The notes below the pieces were generated by a model. That model was not told the origin of the DNA. It did no database searches and was given only the letters and a program-made list of their open reading frames with translations. Shown here piece after piece: positions 13,375 through 24,260 of a stretch of DNA of 64,000 nt. Origin of the DNA: Amoebophrya sp. A120 (lineage: Eukaryota > Protista > Dinoflagellata); NCBI GenBank assembly GCA_905178155.1, contig CAJINV010000003.1, forward strand, positions 331,091-395,090, written 5' to 3'. How positions within the stretch are numbered: the stretch's first letter is position 1; each line of letters opens with the position of its first letter. Made by a program: the position numbers and the translations under genes.

Positions 13375-14100
13375 TAAACAAATGAAATACTTACAAAAAT
13401 AAAAAATCAGAGGAGTGTTGGTTCTTAGGTTATTTCCTAGGAGTAGGAGCAAAATTACTTGAAAATTTAGAAGCTGCATGATCATGTCTGTGCGCATGAC
13501 CACATTGCCCTGCTACGAAATCAACTGGTGCGTTCGTACTAAGATGCTCATGGTCACCAGAAAATCTACAAGAAAAATGCAGACCGGTCGTCTTCCCCAC
13601 CTAGCCCCCCACGTGTAGCTCTCTCTGCTCGGTTTCGTGCTCCTTCTCTCTTCCGTATTCATGATGTCACAGTCGGTTCTACTTTACTACTCCTTTACTA
13701 AAAATATTCTTTGCAGCTTTCTCGTTCGGTATGACTATGATCGGTGATCGTGTTGTTCATAATTCGTGCGTTCCGTAATTGACTTCGTCCATCAGCATTC
13801 TGCGTTAAAGGTTGACGTTCCATCGTTTAGATATGTGCTTCGTGCTCCTTTTTCAAAATGCATGCTTTTTTCTTGATGTATCAGCGTCAAAAAACAAACA
13901 GGGACAACTCCCGACGTTCCTCGGTACATTTTTACACTTCACATCCCCACCGCGTGTGTAAGATTAAGCTACAGTGTGGATCTTCATACATTGTGCCATT
14001 GAAGTTTATTCGTTCCGTGTACTAATATTCTTCTTCATCTCGTTCTTGATCTACTTCTACAAACCCCAATAAACCCCCCGTGGTCGTGATCTTGAAGAAA

Positions 14101-17100
14101 ATGCAGTCCGAAGAAGACAACGCACAGGACGATCTCGGGCAGATTCAAGAGGAAAGCCAGGACTATGACGATGAAGACGAGCAGGTGGAGCATTCTGATG
14201 CGCACTATGAAGACGAGCAGGAGCAAGAAGAATCTGAAGCAGTTTATTCCGATGATGAGGGAAGAAGCCCGAATGATGAACAATCCGAAACGGAAGCGCA
14301 CAATGAAGAGAGGACTCCCGTAGCTGCCGTTGCCGATCGACGCGGTGCTATTGAGCTAGAAAAAATCCCTTCGGCAGAAGGCGAAGCGGAACCGTTTTCA
14401 ACAGCGTCTGCTGGTTTAGCTACTGGCGACGATGCTGAGGACGAGCGATTGTTCAAGACCGCCAAAGCGGACGATGATGACGCCGAGATTTATCTGAACG
14501 TGGATGATCATCTGAACGAAGACGAAGAGCCAGACGAAGCTGCCAGCCTGGTGCCCAGCACGACCGAGTCTCTCGACCCGACTACGAAGGCAGAGAACTT
14601 CTACCGAGAAGACTTCTCCACGCCCGCAGATCTCGCGGCCAGCTTTCTCGCGGCACCTGAGTTCTACGCACAGAAGCCAATTCTTTCGCCCTTGCGCCGG
14701 CGGCACGACGAAGCAGGAGAACACGCGGAAGATCTGAAGAAAACCGGCAAGAGCGAAGATGACGAGGCACTCGATCTACAGGGGACTTCTCTCACTGGCA
14801 CCGCAGTCGCCATTTCGGCGAATGCGCTTGTGCCATTGCCCAGTACAGTCGCACCTCTGGTGGAGAACGACCACGCCGCGTTTCGGGGCTATTTTCTTGA
14901 GGTAGATTTCTCTGTGTCCGGCACGTACGTGCAGAGCAGCAGCCCCCGCAGCCCGCGTTCCGAGGACGAAAACAAGTTGCATGAGATAACCGAGAATGAC
15001 AACGAGGAGCAGGAGCACCATCAAAAAGATGAAAATGATCTGGATTACGTCGAGGGAGCACACCAGTCGAGCGCCCCAGTAGGAACTGCTGGTGAAGATA
15101 GCAACTCGATAAACTCAGCCGGGAATTACTACAGCGACGGGCAACAAGACCAAAATTCCTCTGAAGCTCCTCCCAGCCCCACCTCCTCCCGAGCGAACAG
15201 CAAGGGTATGAACGTGCGAATCCAGAATACCAGCGACGCAGTCACGACTCCCCGAACAACAGCAGTCACGCCGCGAAAGTCCTACAAGCGTGCGTTTGGA
15301 CGAAGGCGGAACATTTTTCCGCGGATTTCCATCGGGTTTGCCCTCGACATGAGGGCCAAGAAAGCCCCAGCCGGACAGGAGGATGGCGCACCAGCCGCGA
15401 AAGAACTACAAACCGAAGAAAATTTCACCGATGCAGCAGCGGAGCCACAAAGTTATGAGGACCTGGAGGAGACAGCTTACACGGTGTCTCTGGACCTTCG
15501 CGGAAACGAGGGAACTGAGACGGGTCCGCGGCACTACTTGAAGATGCGCGGCCTGCGGTGTCTGGACTTTCAGTTTGACCTCGACCTCGTTAGCAGGACT
15601 GGAAGTACAAGTAGCACAGGGGACGACAACCAGCCAGCGCATGATGGCGAGGTGGAAAACAAAAGTATAAACGACGAAACCAGTAACATACGATCGAGCA
15701 CTCTAAGCCTGTGGGTTCGGCCGAATTGGGTCAACGGCGAGGAGGTGGTGGTTTTGTCGGTTTTCAACCAGCGAATTCCCGTCTTTTCTGCGGTGCTTCC
15801 GGACGCGCACTTCATCCTTCACCCCGAGAACGAACAGAAAATTTTCGCGTTGTTCGATTGCGACTCGCCGAACACCAGTATCCGCTGGAGGAAAGCGAAC
15901 GAGCTCCCGCCCACGGTGGAATATTGGTATAACCGGAGGGCGGGCGGCGTGCAGCGGCTGACGGAGCAGATCATCCAAGGACTGGCCTATCCCGACCCGC
16001 GCGACGCAGTGGAAATGATGAGCCTGGCCAATTACGACTTCGAAAGCAAAATCACCTGCGTGCCCTGCTCCCCGTGGGCGCGCTTCTATGCCGCGTCGGT
16101 GGGAGGTGTGGACCAGATGCCATTTCTGCTGCAGTACGATTTCGATTGGTTTGTTGACATGCTGATAATTCTTCTATCTCTTTCTCGTGCGTCTGCGTCC
16201 GTACCAATATGAAGATTGTGATTCCTTTACTGCAAAATGAAAATATTATCGATTTTTACATAGCAAAAAACAAAAAATTAGGTATCGTCCGCAGGCAATG
16301 CAGTCTAGCACCAAGGGACCCTTGACGCGGTTATTGGCAAACGACACGGGTTTCAGCGACGTCATCCCGACCCTGCAGGGACTTGTGTCAACCTTCTGTG
16401 GCGTCTGGGAATCGAACTGGATAGATCACGCCGGCGGAATGAAATACGGTTCTAAAGGCTCAGTTTTTTCCGTAGAAGACCGACTGCAAGTGATCCCGGA
16501 TGAGTCTGCCGCCGTGGTAGAGACGTTGCTGCGGGAGAAAGCTGGTTACACGCTCTGTGCATACTTTGGATCCTGTCCACACCTGCGCGGGGAAATCTTG
16601 CTATTCCTGTTGCAACAACTTTCGGTCGGAGGAAGCGCTTTTGTAGACGAGCAGCGACAGAAGAGCAGTGGACTTTTAGGCTACAGTGGGAGTGGGGCCT
16701 ACTCGTCTCCCAGAGGACCGGGCAGCATGAAGATGGTCAGCGAGGAGGAGCCCAGCGTCTTCGAGCACGCACTGGCCGCACAAGCGCGAGGGTTACTGTT
16801 GATACAGTTACTGTTTTCTACAAGAACTTCTAGTTCTACTACGCCGCCAGATGGTGGTGCGCCGGCTTTCGCTTTAGACGAAGATCTGTCCGCTCTCGTA
16901 CAGCTGACGGTTGTGCCGTTTTTGAAGAACGAGTTGGCGGAAAGAACGGTGACCGCCCTCGAGAGGCTGACCGGGCGGCCGTCGAAGCGAACTCAGGGGC
17001 GGATTGCGCCTCTCGTGCAGCTGCTGAAAAAGAGCATTGGATCCTGTCTACAAATTTTGCAAGAGCCCTTGTTACCGTCTCGCAACGCGGCGGAGAAGAA

Positions 17101-17179
17101 ATGGTCGCAGGCCCTTGCGGAGATAGCGGAGACCGCCTACCTGGCTCGCGGTCTTGGGACCGCACGCACCGGGAGATGA
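14101..17179 (+). CDS. Large acidic hypothetical protein (one canonical intron, 16134-16281)
   Basis: ORFs 14080-16212 and 16298-17179 join through a GTACG...TTAG intron, giving LLQYRPQAMQSSTKG; no family recognised. Confidence 0.65.
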
Positions 17180-18090
17180 TGAAGATGCTATACAAACATA
17201 GTTTGTAAAAAAGTTAAGGTTTAGTACAACCACAATTTAGGATGAAGATCAAAATCCTCTTCTGCACACGGAATGACACAGGGTTTTTGTGAAATCTCAC
17301 TGATCATGTTGTCCTCTTAGCCAGTTCCAGGTATTCCCCTGGTTCTGTAGCAACTCGAGCTATACATGTTGTATCCCCACGCCCACCAGGTCGTCCATTT
17401 GTACATTAGAATCACGACCGCATTCCAGATTGACCCGAACTATCAAAGTCGAATACAACAAAAGCTACTGTCAGTAGTTCTTGCATAATATCCGCTAGGA
17501 CTCACGGCGCGCAACTGTCGCACCTCAAGCGGATCTATCAAATTCTGTGCGCCGAGTTGTGATGGTTCCTCGAGCAGAAAGCTCCTTTTGTTCTTCAAAT
17601 AATTAATGGATGAAATATCAGAATGTCGATGTTGCAAGCAGGATCAGGTGTATCGATCTTTGCCTAGCGCTTCCTTCGCTACAAATCGACCGAAGTCATC
17701 AAGATCACCTTGAATGAAATGTTGATCCACTTCTAGTTCTGTTTGAATCGCCGGATACAAAGAAAGGTCGTAGAATCGGCAATCATCTCTATCAATTTCT
17801 CGTTGACCATGACTTCCTGTGTCATCGATGATGTTGATCTGTTATACTTTTGTTGTATTGCTGCACCAACTTGAATTTCAGGTAGTTCTTGCAGAGGGAG
17901 CGGAGGGTACTAGAAAATTTCTGTGCGTTAAGAAAGACAAAGAAGGCATAAAGTAAGATCAGTTCTTGCGATGTTGTGTTTTTCTTTGGCGATAGTGGGC
18001 TCGCACTAACGGCGCGCAAGCATCCATTAGAGGTTGTTTATGATGAAGTCTAGATCGGTATCTGTATCTATATGGTGTAAGAATTGAACC

Positions 18091-20631
18091 ATGAGCGCAA
18101 AATTGCAGCACCATCAGGCTCTGAGTGGCAAGAATGCCGGGGCAGGGAAACTACAAGTTCCGGTCCGTAAACCTACCGGACATGAGGCGGAGGAACCAAA
18201 GAAGCGAAGAAACAAGCCGAGCAAGGGCAAAAAACGAAACCAAAAGAAGGCTAACATCGGACGGCCATTTCTCCATATTAACGCTAACGGGTCGACTGCC
18301 CCGGGTCAAACTACGAAGACAGCTGCGTCAGCTGCAACGGGAGAATTACGTGCTGAAGCTTCTCATGTAACTTACGCAGTAAGTGCTGGTGCTCACCCAA
18401 CTACAACAACATCTTCCTCCTCATCATCTTCCTCGTGTCGTGACTTTTCCAAAAATGCTGCACCTGCGCGCTCAACATCTTCTGCCGGTCAAGGACATCA
18501 TCTGTTGCGCAGTTTGTTGACGCCGACGGCTGAGCGACGAGGAAAAATTGAGGATGCCATGGAGCAGCTGCAGACCTTGGTGGTCGGGCATCTGGGGCTG
18601 GACTTCTACCTGAAGCCGCAGGGCTCCTACGCGCAGAATTTGCTTTTGCCGGACTCCGACCTGGATTTGGTATTGTGCCACACAGATGAAAAGGTCGCGT
18701 CCCGAACGAAAAGCGTCAAGTGGCTGCAGCAACTGGCTGCGTTTTTTCGGAATGCACGAAAGAAGCAGGCGAAAAAGCGGCAGAGTAGCGAAAAGAAAGG
18801 CCATCGAAGCGACATTATCTTCAACGGTGAGGACGATAGCACCAGTAGTGGTAGTGCAACCACGACTACATGTGGCTTCCGACTTTGCGAGTGCATTTTC
18901 AGTGCGAGGATTCCGATTTTGAAACTGAACTACCTGGAGGACTTGGAGATTGACATATCAGCGGGTGATGATCGGCGTGGAACGGTTGACGAAACTATTG
19001 ACAGAACGTTGACCTGCATGGAGGCGGAGGTAATCCTAAAGAGCCCGGGGCTGAAACAGAATGATCTTCTTGCTCACGGCGGAAGGTCTTTACACGAGAA
19101 GCTTACGTCTGCTGCGATATTACAGCACGCCGGGTCCACCTCCTGTTCTTCGCGAGATTTTCTAAAGTTCCTGAAAGCATTTGCTTCCGAAAGCGAGCTA
19201 AACGTGGCATGGGATCGAGGGTTGTCAAATTTCTCGTGGGTGTTGCTCGGCATGTACTTTCTGCAAAATGTCAAAGCCACAGTAGGAGCTTCAGCACCGA
19301 TGAACAACAGTGAAAACGTTGACTCCGCCGATATCCTGCACCTTTGGGACAATTTCTTGAACTGGTTCTGCTCCACACTGCAGGATTACGTTGCGAGCGA
19401 CAAATGGCTGGTGGTGGACGTTGATTTAGAAAGAAGCGCGTTCTTCGCAGGAAACAAGCCACGCCACCGGTCGTCATGTAGTTCTTCACAGGCCGCACAG
19501 AGGACGTCGAAAGCTCGATCCGTTTACGACCCAGTACTTGGAACGATTGTGACCTCTTACGAAGATGATGAAAATGGGGGCGAGGAACACAATTTTAATA
19601 GAGGCGGGGTCAACAGAAATGGAAATCGTGGACCTTCGCATCTGCACGATGCATCACCGCTTCGCCTGCAAGTCCCGCACGCCGAGTTTGGAGAAAATGC
19701 CGCCAGATGTTTGTCATCTGCGGTGTGGGAAAAAAAAATCGTTCCTGCGGTCAGGACAGCGCGCCTCGAGATGCAAAGATGGCTGAGAACAATAAATGGG
19801 TCGTGCAGTGCTTCTACTGCTATTTCCAGTAGGGCGGCAACTACGAAGATTTCGCCCTCGAGAGGACAGCAAGATCATGCTCGTCACTGGTGGGTTCGCT
19901 TTGTACCGTCCCTGGCTGCGGATCTCCTAGGGCGAGACAGTACAACGCCGTCGTGTGCTGGTGATTCCACTTCGCTGGCGCAGGTGGATCTATCGTCCGC
20001 AGCAAAAACTTCGAATAGAACGACGGGCACATCAACTACTTCAAGCTCGTCATCAAGCTCAGCCTCGAATGTTACCACCACAAGAACAGCAGCTTCGCGC
20101 GCCACGACTTCGATTGCAATTGCTAGCTTGAACACGACGACTTCTACTTCGGCGCACTATAAGGGGCTGTCGGAGACGAGCGAGAGTTCAGATGACGAAA
20201 TGGGGGCTGATCTTATGCATATGAAACAGTTTTGTGCCAGAAAAATCACAGCAGGTGGCGAAGAGGAAGATAGCGAGAAACAGGATCATTCTGACGGCGA
20301 TGTCGCAGGCAGTGACACGGGCGCAGCCCGAGCAGTAGACAATGAAATGAGCGAAGACCAAGACGACGACGAGGACGATGATGATGAAGAGCCTCAGCAC
20401 GTAGTTGACAAAAGGCGGCGAGAGAAGGCAAAGAATCGCGAACGACAATCGGGCAAGCGTATGCTGTACGGAGACACGCGCCTGCTTGCAGCAAGAAACT
20501 TACTCTCCAAGAAACCGCCCCCAGCACAAGATCAAAGTGCAACGGCAAAGCGAGTCAAAAAGAAGAAGATGTTGAGGAAAAAGCAGAAGAACAAAAAGCT
20601 AGATCGACCCAAAATTAAGAAAAAGCGTTGA
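18091..20631 (+). CDS. Non-canonical poly(A) polymerase / TUTase-like nucleotidyltransferase (Trf4/Cid1 type)
   Basis: Pol-beta NTase motif QGSYAQNLLLPDSDLDLV, then ARIPILKL and LEIDIS; GLSNFSWVLLGMYFLQ; basic N- and C-terminal stretches; intronless. Confidence 0.8.
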   Translation: MSAKLQHHQALSGKNAGAGKLQVPVRKPTGHEAEEPKKRRNKPSKGKKRNQKKANIGRPFLHINANGSTAPGQTTKTAASAATGELRAEASHVTYAVSAGAHPTTTTSSSSSSSSCRDFSKNAAPARSTSSAGQGHHLLRSLLTPTAERRGKIEDAMEQLQTLVVGHLGLDFYLKPQGSYAQNLLLPDSDLDLVLCHTDEKVASRTKSVKWLQQLAAFFRNARKKQAKKRQSSEKKGHRSDIIFNGEDDSTSSGSATTTTCGFRLCECIFSARIPILKLNYLEDLEIDISAGDDRRGTVDETIDRTLTCMEAEVILKSPGLKQNDLLAHGGRSLHEKLTSAAILQHAGSTSCSSRDFLKFLKAFASESELNVAWDRGLSNFSWVLLGMYFLQNVKATVGASAPMNNSENVDSADILHLWDNFLNWFCSTLQDYVASDKWLVVDVDLERSAFFAGNKPRHRSSCSSSQAAQRTSKARSVYDPVLGTIVTSYEDDENGGEEHNFNRGGVNRNGNRGPSHLHDASPLRLQVPHAEFGENAARCLSSAVWEKKIVPAVRTARLEMQRWLRTINGSCSASTAISSRAATTKISPSRGQQDHARHWWVRFVPSLAADLLGRDSTTPSCAGDSTSLAQVDLSSAAKTSNRTTGTSTTSSSSSSSASNVTTTRTAASRATTSIAIASLNTTTSTSAHYKGLSETSESSDDEMGADLMHMKQFCARKITAGGEEEDSEKQDHSDGDVAGSDTGAARAVDNEMSEDQDDDEDDDDEEPQHVVDKRRREKAKNRERQSGKRMLYGDTRLLAARNLLSKKPPPAQDQSATAKRVKKKKMLRKKQKNKKLDRPKIKKKR

Positions 20632-21640
20632 AGAACTCAAATATGATCGCGACCTTTCACATCTCTTAAAATTTCTCTTCATGCGACTTGCTGTGCCAGA
20701 CAAGGTATGTGTGAGGACTACATCGAGTATATTGAGTGTGGAACCAGGACCTCCACGACGATGTTAGTGCTCGTTTCATCCAGGCTACGACATTATTCAA
20801 TGTTATCGCGACTGTGAAGATTCCTCGAGCTGCCTCCGCAGCATATAGACATATTTCAAAAACGGTAAACCTAAACCCAAACGGGATTTGGATTCATTCT
20901 GCTGACTGTTCGACGGCATCGTCTCCTTTGCAATGTGATACGTGACTCTTCAATTATCCTCTTCGCTGTTTGGAAGCAGAGAATGCATGTTCTCTGCGTA
21001 AGTTTATCTTTATTCATCTCTACTCCTACAATTGTTTACTGTCCTGTCGTGAACGTGGTGGCACTCTAAAAATCGGGTCGTGTACATCTTCGAAAAGAAG
21101 TCAGTTTGTCCAGGGCGCTCTTGTGTACCTCCCAGCCATCGAAATTTCGGTCGCTTCTCTACCAAGTTTTTTCTTTTCGTTTTCGTCTGAACGTCAAATA
21201 GGGCAACGGACAGGGTCGGGGCGGGGATGATTTCTGTACTACAACCTGGCAGAAATAAATGCCAGACCTTTGCGCAGCAGGATGTTCTGCTAGAAGCACT
21301 TGCAAATCTGAAAAAAATTACGGTTCGTTGCACCGAAAAATATCCGTAGCTTTATTTTTCCTTGTACAGTTACGCTTTGGAGATGAAAAGAACCATAATA
21401 TAGTTGTGTCTGCGTTGTCTCTACTTCGGACGAGCGCATTATAGCGTTCCTTCTACTCAAACTCATCTTTTCTGGCTTGTCTTCATCTGCCATACGACAA
21501 CACTACAGCTCTGCATCTCTTTGAATCTGCACACCGTGTCGAATTGCTAATACCTGGATCTTGTTCACACTGACCGTCTAGAACAAGTTTGCAGAGGGTA
21601 GATTATACACTTACTTACACAACTACATTCAACCCTCCAC

Positions 21641-23539
21641 ATGGTTTCAGACCAGCAGTCCCTGATGCGCGAGGACCACTACCAGTATGGCGGCAGCATG
21701 TCGCTGAACCGCGACGGAGGTCCGGTGGTCGACATCGAGCGTTTCATTGAGGCGGAGCGAAAGTTCGTCGCTTTCCAGCAGGCCGGGGATCACGAGAAGG
21801 CTGTGAAGGCTCTGGAGGCGGTCCTGCGGCAAAACAAGCAATTCGTGCAGAACCTGGAGGATACGCTGCTCAGTTCCCTGTTCGAAAAACTGGCCGTCGG
21901 CTACAACACGCTGGGCATGAAATTTCTGAAGCTCGGGAAGACGGACCTCAGCTTGCGCTACTTCCAAAAGTCCGAAGTGGTGACAGACCCCGCAAACTTG
22001 CACATCCACACGAACACAAGGTACGTCTATTCTGATGCTATGCTGCTTCAAGCGCTGGGCCCTTTTTCGAATGATATTTCTAAGCTTACCTACCTCGCGG
22101 CCACCTTTTCTAACTCGGCAAAATCAGATTGGTCCTACGTGCGGTGACGTACAACAACCTTGGCTGCTTCTACAAAAGTATGAACAAATTGCACACCGCG
22201 CTGCACTACCTGCGAAAGGCCCTCGTCATTGAAGAGCGCGGCTTGGCAGAGAGAAGACACATGGAGGACGAAAATGGTACAAACATGGGAGTTCCACATG
22301 CATTTATTTTTTCTTGTTTGGACGTCGCTATTCGAAAACGAGATTGGATTCCGTTTTCCTATTCCGTGTGCATCTTGTCAATCTTTGATATGACGGGGTA
22401 TTGCGGTAGACCTAGTGGTCCTCTGATCCCCCGTAGGACGAAAACGAAACTATACTTAACTACACACAATCTGAAATAAATCGGGAAATCGAAATACCAG
22501 CAGAGGATAACCCTGATCCGGACGAGAGTGTAGCAGCTGCTCCCGCAACATCCGGCTCTTCGTCTGGGGCACAGAACCCAGCGGCTACGCACCTGAACTT
22601 GTGCGCGCTGTTGTCGCAGATGTCCATGTATCGAATACAAATATCATATCTGGGTCTGGAAGAGTCATGCTGTTTTTGCATTTCACAGGATGTCTGTCAT
22701 GGAAGCCCTAGCATCACAGATTTCGAGAAGCTTCCGCATTGCTTAATCCACATGACAAGTCCCCCACTTTGGTGACAGGAAGTGGACATCTTTTGCTGCC
22801 TGCTATGCATGAGAAATTTGTATCTGAGTCTGTGTTGTGAAATGCGCATCACAAGTTCGCATCCTTCCAGACCCAGACATGTTTGCAATGCATACCATGC
22901 ACGAGAAGGCGCTGTACCACGCGCAGAAGGCGATTAAGTTCCTGCAGCAGGACGAGGCGCGGCGGAAGGAGTTGCTGCGGCGGCAGGAGGAGGACGGTCC
23001 CGCCGCCTCGGACCAACAAACCGAAGCCGCGGTGCAAGCCGCGGCCGCGACGCGGCAAGACGAGTCTCTCACCCCCGTGGCATACTTCAACATGGGAGCC
23101 GAATACGAGCACTTGAAGTACTACACCGAGGCGCTGGATTATGACAAGAAATCAAAGGTTTCGTCAGAGCACTGGTTCTTGTGCAAATAAATTCGCGAAT
23201 GGATCAAGCAATGTCGGCTCGATGTGTAGTGCTTATCTATGCATGACAGTATCAGTACTGGAGAAGGAAATTGATAGCACCTGCGATGTTGATTAAGGTC
23301 AACTAGGAGAACTTTGACAGCAGGAGCTGCATGTCATTTCAGTTTCGTCAAGTTTTTTGTGAACTGTGCTGGTGAAAATTTCGTTTCTTGCCGATAAGAA
23401 AGCCTACGGCCAGGCGTACGAAGCCTGTCTGTCGGAGCTCGGTGCCGGACACGCCCTCACCTCGAAAATCCTGGACAGCATCAAACAGCTGAAAAAAAAC
23501 CTGGGGCCTTCTAAAACCAATGCGAAGGGGAAGAAATGA
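21641..23539 (+). CDS. Tetratricopeptide-repeat protein (multi-exon)
   Basis: TPR motifs AVGYNTLGMKFLK, AVTYNNLGCFYK, ATHLNLCALLSQM, VAYFNMGAEYEHL; mixed GT-AG introns and two introners; stop TGA at 23537-23539. Confidence 0.8.
22629..22894. mobile_element. Introner, family B
   Basis: TATCGAATACAAATAT..TCTGGGTCTGGAAG...CTTCCAGACCCAGACATGTTTGCAATGCATA; TSD CCATG. Confidence 0.9.
23140..23396. mobile_element. Introner, family F, old copy with eroded TSD
   Basis: TATGACAAGAAATCAAAGGTTTCG...GAAAATTTCGTTTCTTGCCGATA; removing the element plus 5 bp gives EALDAYGQAYEAC in frame. Confidence 0.65.
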
Positions 23540-24260
23540 GGGAAAAATAAGTTTTCAACGACTCCATTGCGATAAACCATATTAACCAAACTTTACTGTT
23601 TCAGTTTCTATGCCTGTGGCTCCTGTGCCGACATGCTTCACATTGCTTCTACTCGTGTTAACCACTCACCGTTTCAGTTTCTAGTCCTTAAAACTTGCTC
23701 GTCTTGCATCTGAAGTGCTACCCACTTTCCCGCTCGGTATCCCCTACAGCAAGTGGTAAGAATCAGAAAAGCCTTCGTCTTGTATTTGCGCCAGCAGGAG
23801 CAGCTGATTGCGGTTGAACTTGAAATACAGCTTCTACCAAAGCGAATGAAGGGCTTCAAAAAGTGGATTTTTGTTTGCCTATTCGGTGACGCAGCGAACG
23901 CGAAGCCAGACAGCGCTTTTCCTTTGTTTTCGTCGTTGGTCGAAGATACGAGGAGCGTTTCAAAAAGGTTATGTTCGGAGTCAGGAGGTCATGTTCCGAA
24001 GAAAGAATTGATAGATGCTCTCTGAAATGTGATCTTCATGATCTTGTTGTTCTTTCGTACTCTCTGTGTACTTGTCGGTCCAGCACAATGTTGCTTTTTT
24101 TGGTAATTGCGGTCGGTCACCGTCACGTGCCCCAGCATTCGCTATTGTCTGTCTCGCTATATAAATAAATCGGCTGCACGACCACCTGCTATTCAGTTTG
24201 AGTCTTCTGTTCCGCTTAAGAAGGACCTGTTTCTAAAAGCTTATACTCACGAGTAGTTCC

